From Rhodosorus marinus CCMP1338 (Eukaryota; Plantae; Rhodophyta): a stretch of DNA of 64,000 bases. The stretch's first letter is position 1. The number at the start of each line of letters is the position of its first letter. Of this stretch, positions 9,405 to 19,936 are shown piece by piece. The notes beneath the pieces are model-generated. The model made no database searches. It was not told where the DNA came from and saw only the letters and a program-made list of their open reading frames with translations. The position numbers and the translations under genes were made by a program. The DNA is taken from contig JAMWBK010000005.1 in the NCBI GenBank assembly GCA_029953675.1, positions 124,001-188,000 of the forward strand, given 5' to 3'.

Positions 9405-12300
9405 TAACCCATGCTCTACCGACTCCCTCACCGAGCAAATCCTACATGTGAACGAATGGTTTAATCGGAGGCTGAAAAAAAAACCCCGAGGGGAAAAAAA
9501 GACTAAGCGCGGCGAAGTACTCGCGCCTCCAACATCAAAGCGGCATTCATGCGCCACAGCAGGAAACTTAAGCGGGTAAACAACGATTGAAGACGGTCAG
9601 GGCGTTCGCGGAACAACTCCCGAAGCCAGCGAGAACCAACAGAGTCCATGAACCCAAAGCACTCAATGATCAGGGGTACCAAGCGATGTGCTAGTGCCGA
9701 AGCACGAACACCAGGGGAAGACAAAGCCCCCGCGTATTTGATCTCTTTGCGGCGTCTCATGCTGGCGGCGGCAGATCCACGGCGCTCCCCCGCAGCCGGG
9801 AGATAACGACTAGCTTGTGGGTTAGGAACAGCAAGATCAACGTATGTGGTACGGCGGCTGTCGTCACAGGTGATCACCAGGTCGGCTACACCGCGTTCAT
9901 CATTTTGAAAGTCCGCGACGGGTAAAGGTTTCTCACGTTCGATTTCCAGACCGGCTTGCCGGACTATAGGCCGAAGTTCCCGGTATAACAGGTTCAAGAT
10001 CCGTGTGTGGCGGCGGGTTCGAGCACCTTTCACCGCCGGGCAACTAGCGAGCAGGTGGGCGCCAAAATCTGCGTTGTCTTCAGTCTGAGAGCAGAGAGGG
10101 CACGACGAACCCATCTCGTACGGCCAAGGGGGCTGATGTAAGCCGAGGTATAAGCGCAGTGAAGTACGCACTTCGAAATCCGACAGTGTGAGTGGCGGAA
10201 AGGCTGGTACGGTCATGAGCCACTGAGAGCTAATAACGCCTCCAAGACTACGTAGGCGGGCGCGAGCGCGAGAAGATGAGACCATCTGCGCGAGGAGTCG
10301 GCCATATGCAGCACGGTGCAAGTCCCAAGAAAGGAGATTTTGCAGCGCATCCGTGCGTGCTTGAGCTCGGCTCCCAGCGCGCTGGGAATCATCAGGAGGA
10401 TCAACTGGAACTTCTTCTTCTGCGGCAACCACTGGGTCAATCTCCCTAGAACAGGTTCAGGCGCAGGACGAATCCCCGGGGCGGAGCCTCGAGAGCGGTC
10501 AAATACAGCTCGCCAGTCAGGAAGACGGGGTTGAACGGTTTCGGGGAGACTAGTACAGGAGTTCAGGGCGGTTTGGAGCTCCAGAAACAAGTCTTGGGCG
10601 CTTTCCGGTACGCTGGGAAGCAAGACACCCCGCGAGAGGCTCGCCATCAAATTGCGGAACTTCGAGATACCCAAGCTGCTCAAAGTGGGAAGTGCGGTTC
10701 CCCAGGCCCCTACTGCGGCTGCAGGTTGGACCACAACACGATTGCAGAGGCCCAGTCCCCCCAATCGCAATGGGAGGCCTACCTGGGCGCGCACAACATC
10801 ACAGGTGGGTCGCGGCAGAGCGCTCAGCTCTTCATCGAGAAAATACCCCAGGTCACGGAAACTTTCAGCATCCGCACGAGTGGCCAACCACCGGCCCCAA
10901 TGAGTTGGAAGTGAGCGAAGCCAATAGGTTAACCGCTGACTGCAACAATACCGAAACAGCAACAACGAGCACTGGAGAAAGCCCGGAGGTAGCCGTCGAA
11001 GCTCTGCAACCAGCTGTCTGTGCTTACCGAGGAGCTGCAGCAACTCGCCTTCAACGAAGGACGGCGACCCGTAGGGGATGCCTAAGTGGACAAAACCATC
11101 CGGTCTCCAAATATCCTGGAACGACGCAGGTACCTGCTGCTCTTGTGCAGCTACACCTCCCCAGCAGAACGATTTGTGATGATTAACCTCCAGGTCAACC
11201 CGCGAAGCCAAGGAGCGGAGACGATGCATGCGAGCTCTGCGATACAGAGGCGCTTCAACCCAGAGACATCCCCCCGAATTCGCAGACTTGCCTGCGTTAC
11301 GTACCTGACGGGGAACGCTCTCAACCAACAACATCCTGACCAGCCCGTGGCGAAAGCATGGTTCAACACAAGAAACCCTCTCGAGAGAGGCACACCACAC
11401 TGCTTCGACCCGGCTGGTCACTGATCCCCTAGTCGACCCCGATCACAGAGCTCGAATCCGCTCCGCAGCAGGAGCCGGATCAGGCGCTGGCTAAGGGATT
11501 TGCCTCAATTTGGCCCCCGAAAATTGAGTGTTAAGGGAATGCATCTGAATATACGACAGTTGCTTGCGCTCCCGATTCCGGGATTGCGACGACGGAGAAG
11601 TGTACTCCGCGCAATAGTACACACCGTACAAACGTACAAAGATTCCACCCTTGTCAGACTTCGACTGTGGCAACGGCGACATGATGAGATCTGTACTGAG
11701 CTGGCGCGCTGGCTTAATAGAAGGCACTTCAGAGACTTTCAGCAAGAACCCACAGATTACTTCACAAACTCGAATCTGAGACCCGATCTGGTGGCTGTCC
11801 ACCCTCGAACATGGCAAAGATTTGCGTTCGATGTGACGGTGGTATCACCCCTACAGGCGAGACACCTACCCAAGAGCAAAGAAAATAAATGATATCAGCG
11901 AAACACGCGGAGCGCCGGAAACTTGCGCACTATAAGGACGCGATGGCGACAGAGCATCCAGACGACAACCTGATTCCTATTGCTATTGAAACCATGGGGT
12001 GGACTGGTCAGATGACACAGGATTTCCTACGAGAAGGCTGCGGCGACATGCTCACCAAGCAGTACGAGTTGAGCGATGTGAGGGCTCAACTACACAGGAC
12101 ACTTTGGTCAGGGAATGCAGAGCTTGCTTTAGGGGCTCTGCGTGTGGATCAGTCGGACCAACCACTGATCCCTTATTTTTCTTTTTATCGTAGCTAACGA
12201 CCCCGGGTTGCTGGGGTTAAACCAAACAATCTTCCCTAGAGAGTGATAGAACTAGTGTTGCGCTGCATTAGGCAGTTGCCCAGCAAAGTCCACAGTTACG
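9405..12300 (+). mobile_element. 5'-truncated family-D element (9405-9448 + 11227-12300) interrupted by family-B copy 1
   Basis: STDSLTEQILH resumes as HASSAIQRRFNPETSP; DLPQFGPRKLS and RLE motifs match 34261-36105; CATG on both sides of the insert. Confidence 0.75.
9449..11226 (-). mobile_element. Family-B RLE element copy 1 (RT C-terminal half + RLE), 5'-truncated, one frameshift
   Basis: CPLC..HLLASC, RRHTR, VADL, VDLAVPNP, LVPLIIECFG; 3' end ...CCCCTCGGGG(T)n CAGCCTCCGATTAAACCATTC; 1-bp loss at ~10445 relative to copy 2. Confidence 0.9.
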
Positions 12301-12301
12301 G

Positions 12302-12760
12302 TAGCAGCAAATTACTGCCGTTCGAAAAACCGACGAGCAACACAACCCCTGAAACGAGACCTGGCATGCGGCCGATTGGAGTCCCCGAAGTACTCAGAAA
12401 GGTGGCGACACAGTGGATCCCACTCGATCACACGTCGGTAACCGATCGAAGACGCGCAAACGAAGACTTCAACTTTTCATCAGGGACATCCACTCTGTAG
12501 ACCTCTGCAATACAGCAAGGGAGATTTCAAAATCTCAACCCTCCAGACTGCCAGTTTCTACCTTTCCTCTCAAGTGATTACTTTTGTTTTGTCAAAGACT
12601 AGAAATACACACATTCTCCCAACGCAGTCCGTGACAATCTGTAACCAATCGAAGGATCCACTGTGTCGCCACCTTTCTGAGTACAATCGGCCCTATGCCA
12701 GGTCTCGTTTCAGGGGTTGCGTTGCTCGTGGGTTTTTCGAACGGCAGTAATCTGCTGCTA
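12302..12760. repeat. Inverted repeat of an RT-internal fragment (12302-12420 / 12654-12760) around a 233-bp unrelated spacer
   Basis: Both arms encode SSxLLPFEKP...KVATQW and both end in GGATCC. Confidence 0.8.
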
Positions 12761-14264
12761 AGGTAACCGTAAAATTTACTTTGCAGCTGCCTATGCAGCG
12801 TAACACTACGTCTAATCCTATCTAGGGGAATACTTACTCGAACCCCGCTACCGGGGTCTCATGCTACGTTCTAAAGAAAAAACAGGCACCAGTGGATTCT
12901 CCAACTGGCCTACGCGCAAAGCGCCTAGCGCTATCTCGGCATTACCTCGCCAAAGTTGCCGGTTTATCTGCGATCTTATCTCGCTCAGTTCTAGGCTCCG
13001 GTGCAACAAATGCTTGCAGCTGTCCCACAGAAACTCCTGTGCCATCGGTCCAGTCCGCCCTATCGTTCGAAATGTTTCTATTGCAATTGGGATGAACTTG
13101 TCATCCGGGTGTTCTATCGTCATCGCCTCCTTGTAGTGCGCTTTCTTCCACCTCTCTGCACAGATTGCTGCATATCCACTCTCCTCCTGACTACGCCTCA
13201 GATACTTCCCTTGCAAAGGAGACACAACCGTCACGTCCAGCGCACACCGTTGAAATGTCCTCGGATGCGTAGCAATGATGTCTGGCCGTAGCCCGTAGTT
13301 TTCAAAGTACTTCTCTGGCTCCTGTTCGATGTCCACAAAGTTCCACCTGTTCAGCCACCTTGCGATCTCTGTGCATATCTCGTCATGCCTACGTTGCCAC
13401 AGGCCAGTCGACGTGGGGCAATGATGAAAGCGTTGTACTCCGTTTGCACCGTGTTTACCACGGCATCGAGTACACTTTTCCGTAGCCCGCAGCCCCGGAA
13501 TCGGTAGCCCCAGTAGTTGTCGGATAATCACCTGCATTTCGATCGAGCTCAGCTTTTTCGGCTCCAACGTCGGCAGTTCTCGCAACCAGACTCCCGATCC
13601 AGAGCCGGCCGCCGGACCTGATTCGAGCACGATGTTCGGCGGAGATGCGCGGATTGTTAACCAGGCGTTGGAATGCGGAATGGTGTGCCTCCCGAGAGAG
13701 AGTTTGTTGTGTAGAACCATTATTCCAATCGCCTGTGTCTTCTGGAGCGTCTCCTGGGGGGTTTTCCCTCGTCTGCTGCAGGGTGACCAGTCTTTTAATC
13801 CGCAGCGGAGTTTCGGGGCGCAGCCTCGCTCGAGCAGATGATTGTATCTGGTCTGCGAGGTGTTCTGTGGACCATTGTAGTCGTGTCTCGGTGTTCGTAG
13901 CCGGAGTTATGTCTGGATAAACACGCCTCTGCAGCTCAGCGATGTAAGGCCAGTCGCCTGTATTGCTTCGAAAGGTATTTGTCCAAGCCGAGTAGTAAGC
14001 GATAGGCTGGATACGCCGTCGAGTAGCGAACCCCAACTCCCCCACCGGCAAGGCAGCGCAATCTGTTCCCAGATGTGTCCCAGGTACTCCTCGTCCTCCA
14101 TGCCACAGGTAGCAAGGCCTCCGAGCAAGTTTTCCAGATTACATCTCGTCATGGTATCCGCCTCCCTTGCCAGACTGCGGCCGAACGGGTAGGCTAGGCA
14201 TCGTAGCAGATAATCTGGACTTTACTAGCATAGCCTGAAGCGCTACGCAAGGCGTGAAGATGAA

Positions 14265-17200
14265 CTAATAACTAGGGAGGGAAGTATGCAACCCCAGGCG
14301 CCGATGGCGCGCCTCGGAAAGCATGTCGCTGGAATATCGCCAAAGGGAGACACTTAAACGCCTCAAGAGCGCCAAATATTCACAGTAGGATGCTCGGCAA
14401 AACATTTCCCGCAACCACTCTAAACCCGACTTTATCTCACGCACCGACCAAAGCTTTCCACACAATGAATGGCTGGAACCACGGTGAGAGCGACCCTCAG
14501 CGCAAAGGCAGACTGGCCATGCTCTCAGCATACCGTCGTTCCTTAACTCTTCGAAGGGCTGAAGCCGCGGCCCCGGCGGCGGGCGGCTGCGGTGAGGTGG
14601 GCGCTGGCCACGGGGCAGGTAATCGCAAGGTCCACATATGTTGAGCGTCTGGCAGCAGCGTCGGAGACGAGGAGATCGGCTATACAACGGGGCGGTGCAG
14701 AGTCCGGAGAGTTGATCTGGGCAGTTCCGACTTCAGCACCCCTCAACCAGTTATGCCCTATCCGGAGTCAAAAATTGCCGCTGAGGGATGTACTTGAGGC
14801 GAGTGTGACGCCTCGTACGGAGAAATTCCTCGCAAGCCAGTCCGCAGGAACCCAGGAAGTGGCTAGCCACAAGCGTCAATCCGGCTCTCAGCATCCCTGA
14901 CAGAAAGACGGCCGGATTAGAGTGCCACGGAGCCCGTGTGGCAACCGAGATAGATCCGTGCGGCAGAACCGGAACTGGTGTGCCATCGAGACGATGACTC
15001 CAATGACGACGGTAGAGTGGTAAACCACAGAGGAGTGCGGAGAGGTATCGGCCTCCCCATGCCGCGGAGACGAGGCGGCAGTGGTAGGCGGCGTGGAGGA
15101 AGGAGGAATTTCCTCCGAGACATGACTGTGTGAGCCGGCACTGTATGTTGGCCCCAGGTGAGGGCTATGTTGAATCACAATCAGTGCGGGAGCTCCACAA
15201 TCGGCTCAAACCCGGGTAGTCTGCAACAGGGGACCCGGGGCTAGCTCTCTCCGTCATCGGCAAGAACTCGGTCGAGGGGACAATCCTCAATCGCTTCAGC
15301 TCGTCCCCATAACAGCTCCCCTCCAGGAACGAAAGCGTGGACCCGGATTTTTGCGTCCGGCACGGCGTTGCACCTCCTGAACGCGTGTTGAAGACCATCA
15401 TAAATTGGCTGGTCAAAAAGCGGGGGCGGCAGGGGGTCACTGGATCCTTCGCGTTGGTCAAAGCCTCGAGCCAAGAGGCAGGCACTTCTTCGCATCTGGA
15501 AGGTCACCAACGTTCGCAGCGTCGGTAGCCCCAGGAGGCAAACTCGCCGCTGGCGAAGCATACCAGCCCACTGGTCTCCTCGCGACGCCGAATCCCCCTC
15601 TTGCAATCGCAACGGTAGAGCGATCTTTGCACGGATAAAGTCCCTGTCGGGAGCAGCTTCGAAGATCGAGGGGCTCATCCAAGAGCGTTCCCCAGTGTTG
15701 CAGGGTCATTTCGTCGGCTTTAGCCGCGATCCACGAGCCCCAAGCTGGAGGCAGGCTGCGCAACCAGTAGTTGAGTCTGGGAGCGGCACAAAAGCGGGAA
15801 AGCAAGCAGGCCGATTGCAGCATGCTGTCGGGTAGGTGCTCAATGGCGTCGGTGAGTTGCTTGTGCCGTGCCAAAACTCGCTCGCAGGATGCTTGGACAA
15901 AGTTGTCAGTCCCCAATCCGACGCCGTGGTGTTCGAACCCTTCACGTTCGCTGATTAGTCGCAGAGTGGGTGGCAGAGAGTTCAGCGACACGTCCCTCGG
16001 GGGTAGAAAGCGACATTTTTCTGTTTCCACAGTCAAACCGACGCGACGTGCAATCGCTTCGATCGCGGTCAGTCCCCTAGCCAGGGTGTCAGGGGTGCCC
16101 AGCAATGTTACGTCATCGTGGTACGCGCAGATTCGAAGATCCGAGACCTCAGTCGAAAGACGTAAAAGTACGAGCCGTAGGGCACAGGCATGAAGAAGAG
16201 GTCCGCAAGGGTCGCCTTGTTGGACGCCAGTATGTGCTTGAAAAACAGTGCCCTCCGGTGTCAAGTAGGGGAGGCTCTCCCCTCCGTAAATACCCGATAG
16301 AAACGGCCACGCCTCCGGAAACACACGTCGGAGCACCTCTAGCGCATGCGTCCGCGACACGCTGTTGAATGCGTTCCGGAAATCAACCACCAAGACTCCC
16401 CACTCCGGCCTACTGGCGCGTTCTAGCTCGATCCCATGGGTGATCAGTTCACAACCCCCAGAGAATCCCACCCCTACTTGCAAGGGCGCCATAAAAGCTG
16501 TGACGCGCTGGCGAAGGCGCTGGCATAGCCACCTCCCGGCTAACTTCCGTAGGCTCTCCACCATCCCGATCGGCCGGAGACGCGGGTGGGCCGGCTGGTG
16601 GTCAGGTTTCGTGAGCAAGCAAAGCTGTGCCTGCCGGAGATGTTCCCATGGCGCAGACGCACCCGATACGCCCTGGAACAACTTGTTAAGGATCCTCAGA
16701 AGCGCGCTCTGGCCAGGCTGGCTCAGGGCCTGCAATAGCTCTGTTCTTAGTCCGGAGGGTCCGGGACAGCGTCCCCGACGCGAGGTACGAAGCAAATCCT
16801 CCAGGTCAGACTCACTGAGCGTCAGATCGATGCGAAACCTGGCCAACTCCGGACGGTCCAAGAATACCTCGAATTCAGGGGACAAATCCACGTCGGACTC
16901 AGGGAACAAAGACGACACCGTCTGGGCGAGACTATCATCGTAGGGGAGGACAGGCGCCTGGCCCTCCAAAACCCGCGCCGCTCGACTTAAATCGCCCACT
17001 GCTACCAATTTCTGTACTCGAGCCGGCACGGGCGACACTGTGCCATGCCGAGTCCGACGGGCGGATGGTGCTGACGACGCCAAATAGCTGCGCTGTAGTA
17101 CTTCGAAGTCTCCCTTCAAGAACAGGGCCAGTCGGTCTCGTACTCGCCATCTGCGCTCCAATGTGTGAATGGGGGCCAGAATCAGGCGCGGCATGACCCC

Positions 17201-17437
17201 CAGAAAAACCCAAATGACTGTGTCCCGAATGTTGCGAGCCAGGCTCGTGAAGATGAAATCGAGAATGGTTCCAGCTACTAGAAGGTCTCCACGAGGAAGG
17301 ACGACTGGGGGAATGCCCCCACGGAGGGGAAGCGAGCCTCCTTCCAAAGAAATCCACCGCCGGAGCCAACTCCGAAAACGCGTACGCCAAATGCCCCAGT
17401 CTCCGCCCTCCTTCAGGACATAAGACTGTAGATCCAT
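14265..17437 (-). pseudogene. Family-C ORF2 (RT + CCHC + RLE), frameshifted in the 3' half
   Basis: RLRPIG, VDFRNAFN, GVQQGDPCGP, AYHDD in ORF 15458-17437; 3' pieces match the contiguous ORF 46336-47307. Confidence 0.9.
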
Positions 17438-17468
17438 AGGCTGCGACCTCGCAGCCGTGCCTGGAGCG

Positions 17469-18668
17469 CTAATCGTGCTTCTCCCCCTTAGACCCGGGGG
17501 AGTCGGTACTCGCTCTCTTACCTCCTATCCGCACCAAAGTCGTGAGCCGCCCACTCCGCGAGGCTCGCGGAACGGATCCCGCGGGCTTCAGCAAAGTAAC
17601 CTGGGCGTCCTCCACCGCCATGCCCTCAGTCTGCTCCCCTTCCTCACCACTCTCGCTGGAAGTAGTGCTGGAAGCAGAGCCCTCCAAAATACCCACCCGC
17701 TGCAGCTCTGTCTTGTAGCGCGAAGTCAGCACAAGTCGCCTCTCCAGATCGAAGAAACTGGAAACCGCCATGCGCAGGTGACGAGGGCCCGACCGGAACC
17801 GCTCCAACAAGATCCTCTCAAGGCGCTGAATCCGTAGCCAATGGATCGCTGCCGCCTTCACGCTGCTCTCATGCTCAGAGAGCCCTGCCGTTTCTCCTGG
17901 AGACAGGAAATTGCCCGAGAAACGGTCAAAATCGAAGTGCAAAACCACCTGCGGGTTGCAGCGCAGCCACCGGGCGCTCTCAGGCCACTGCTCGGTAGGC
18001 TTCGCCAGCAAGGCCTCCAGGTACTTGGCGGCGGTTGCGGAGACCAAAAACAGCACATCGCGGCCCTCATAGTTTGCGAAGAAGAAATCACCCCGGCTGC
18101 ACCCTAACGATTCCGCAAAAGTGTCCCGGAAGTCTCGCATAGACGGAACCTGTCCTCGTGTAGTCTGGGGCCGGACATTTCGCACCCACAGAAATTGGAG
18201 AGTGGTCTCCACAGGTCCATCCTGATGCTCGCGAGATGGTATGAAACGGAGCATAGCCGCCGTACGTGTGGCAGTGGTGCCCTTCCGCAAGACTGATGCG
18301 TACGAAGCACCCCCCTTGCGGCCACCACGTGCCCCCGAAGTAGCCGGGAGCTGGTGACCACCTGAGGGCTGGTCCAAGAGAGGGAAGTCCACAGCTGCAG
18401 TCTCCTCCACACCGGTTGCCGCACAGTCACCACCACCATTGCCTCGAGTCCCCGAGCGCTGAAGCGCGTTTTGGCCCGGCCTGCCGCTCCCCAACGTCGT
18501 ACTGTCCCGCGCAGAAGCAACAGCCCTCGCCTGTCCCGGGACAGGTTCATGTTGATTGACCGGATGTTGACTGCCTTCAGCCAATCCTGCCACTCTGGGG
18601 CAATTCAAATTCTCGTCCGAATTTGAATTTGACCTGGCCAGCAATCCCGATTCCAGCCCACCTCCCAC
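17469..18668 (-). CDS. Family-C ORF1 (399 aa, putative RNA-binding)
   Basis: Open frame ending 31 nt before the ORF2 ATG; shares FPxL, SYA, AAxLR and RNVRP motifs with ORF1 of families A and F. Confidence 0.75.
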   Translation of the reverse strand: MGGGLESGLLARSNSNSDENLNCPRVAGLAEGSQHPVNQHEPVPGQARAVASARDSTTLGSGRPGQNALQRSGTRGNGGGDCAATGVEETAAVDFPLLDQPSGGHQLPATSGARGGRKGGASYASVLRKGTTATRTAAMLRFIPSREHQDGPVETTLQFLWVRNVRPQTTRGQVPSMRDFRDTFAESLGCSRGDFFFANYEGRDVLFLVSATAAKYLEALLAKPTEQWPESARWLRCNPQVVLHFDFDRFSGNFLSPGETAGLSEHESSVKAAAIHWLRIQRLERILLERFRSGPRHLRMAVSSFFDLERRLVLTSRYKTELQRVGILEGSASSTTSSESGEEGEQTEGMAVEDAQVTLLKPAGSVPRASRSGRLTTLVRIGGKRASTDSPGSKGEKHD

Positions 18669-19936
18669 CTAGCTTCTTGGTGAGCTGAGGGAGCACTCCA
18701 CGATCACTCGCAGCCGTGATCAGGCTGGAGACAGCGGAGATAAGTGCACGCGCCTGGGTGCCAGAAGCGCCTTCCAAGTCAACCTCGGAAGAAAACGTGC
18801 CGCAGCTGAGGCGAACACGGAGTCCCCACCTGGCAGTGCCTCCTTGGGAGGAGGCTCCGTCGAGCGCGGAGATATCCCTACCATCCTGAGGGAATCCGCA
18901 AAGGAAACGTTGCACCACCAATATGAAACCGCACCGAGAGAATAATCGACCAAACCCAACCCAAATAGGAAAGGCCCCGCAACACACCCACCCGGAAGAC
19001 AGAAGTGGTTGCAAATACAAACGACGCCCCGCGGAAAATCGAGGGGAAGGCGTACCAGAGGAAGCGCTTCCCGTAAACGAACACGCTCGCGACCGAAAAA
19101 GAAACATAATCTAGCCGCGTTTCAGCTCAGTACCTGAACAATGCGACCTGTGCGTTAAGTTCATGTTGCGGTAGCTGGGCGATTTCCTTGATGACCTTTT
19201 CGTGCTTATTTTGAAGCGCACGGCACTCGTGCTCGATATATTCCCGGTTTCCTATCGGGATCGAATGGATAGTGACGCCTTCTCGGGTAACTTGTATGTC
19301 AGGTATCTCGCGATTGATGACTCGCGCCGTCGTCAAAGGCTCGGCCGTATAGCGTGCATTTGTTGAGTTGTAGGCGGGCCCCAAGAGATGGGAGCATGGT
19401 TCGGCTCCAGGCTAGTGCTTGCTTCAGTTCCTGCAGGGGTCCCACGATCGTAATATGGTCATGGATAGCGACAATCGTTAGATCAGAGAACTTTGTTCGC
19501 AGAGCTTTTAGGAACGGTGCGAGTGCTAGTGCATGTAGCACCGGCCCAAGAGGGTCTCCCTGTTGTACTCCCGTAGCTGCTTGGAGCGTCAGTCGTGAGT
19601 GTTCCGTTTGGTTCTCTCCAGGTGCAGAGCGCCAGCCGCAAAGCGTCGGCGAGTCCGCTGCGTCGCTTCCGTACCCAAGTCTGTAGACCACCGCAAGCTC
19701 CGGAAAGTGCTGGTCCACGAGTTTCTTGGCGAGGCGTTGATCAATCCTGTTGAATGCATTCTCGAGGTCAAGCCTAAGCACCACCGCGTCTGGTTCACAT
19801 GACAGATGGGCCTGGATCGCGTGAAGTGAGCGTTCGCATCCGCCACTGACTCCGATTCCTAGTTGTAATGGCACCAGGAGCGTGCGCACCCTGTCGATCA
19901 CCGCGCGAAGGGTCCATTGAGTCGCCACTTTTCGCA

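Larger units (their letters stand above)
14217..19105 (-). mobile_element. Apparently full-length (4.9 kb) family-C two-ORF RLE retrotransposon with a 7-bp TSD
   Basis: ATAATCT at 14210-14216 and 19106-19112; ORF1 plus RT-RLE ORF2; 3' end GCGCTTCAGGCTATGCTAGTAAAG shared with 47330-47360. Confidence 0.9.

Noticed and set aside
10316-11424. Numerous plus-strand ORFs opposite retroelement and gene ORFs (also 28197-29395, 36753-39374)
   Set aside because: Antisense shadows of GC-rich coding sequence with no independent motifs.
18950-19105. HDV-like ribozyme at element 5' ends (also ~480-544 and 28205-28290), as in R2
   Set aside because: I could not build the nested double pseudoknot by eye; needs a descriptor or covariance-model search.
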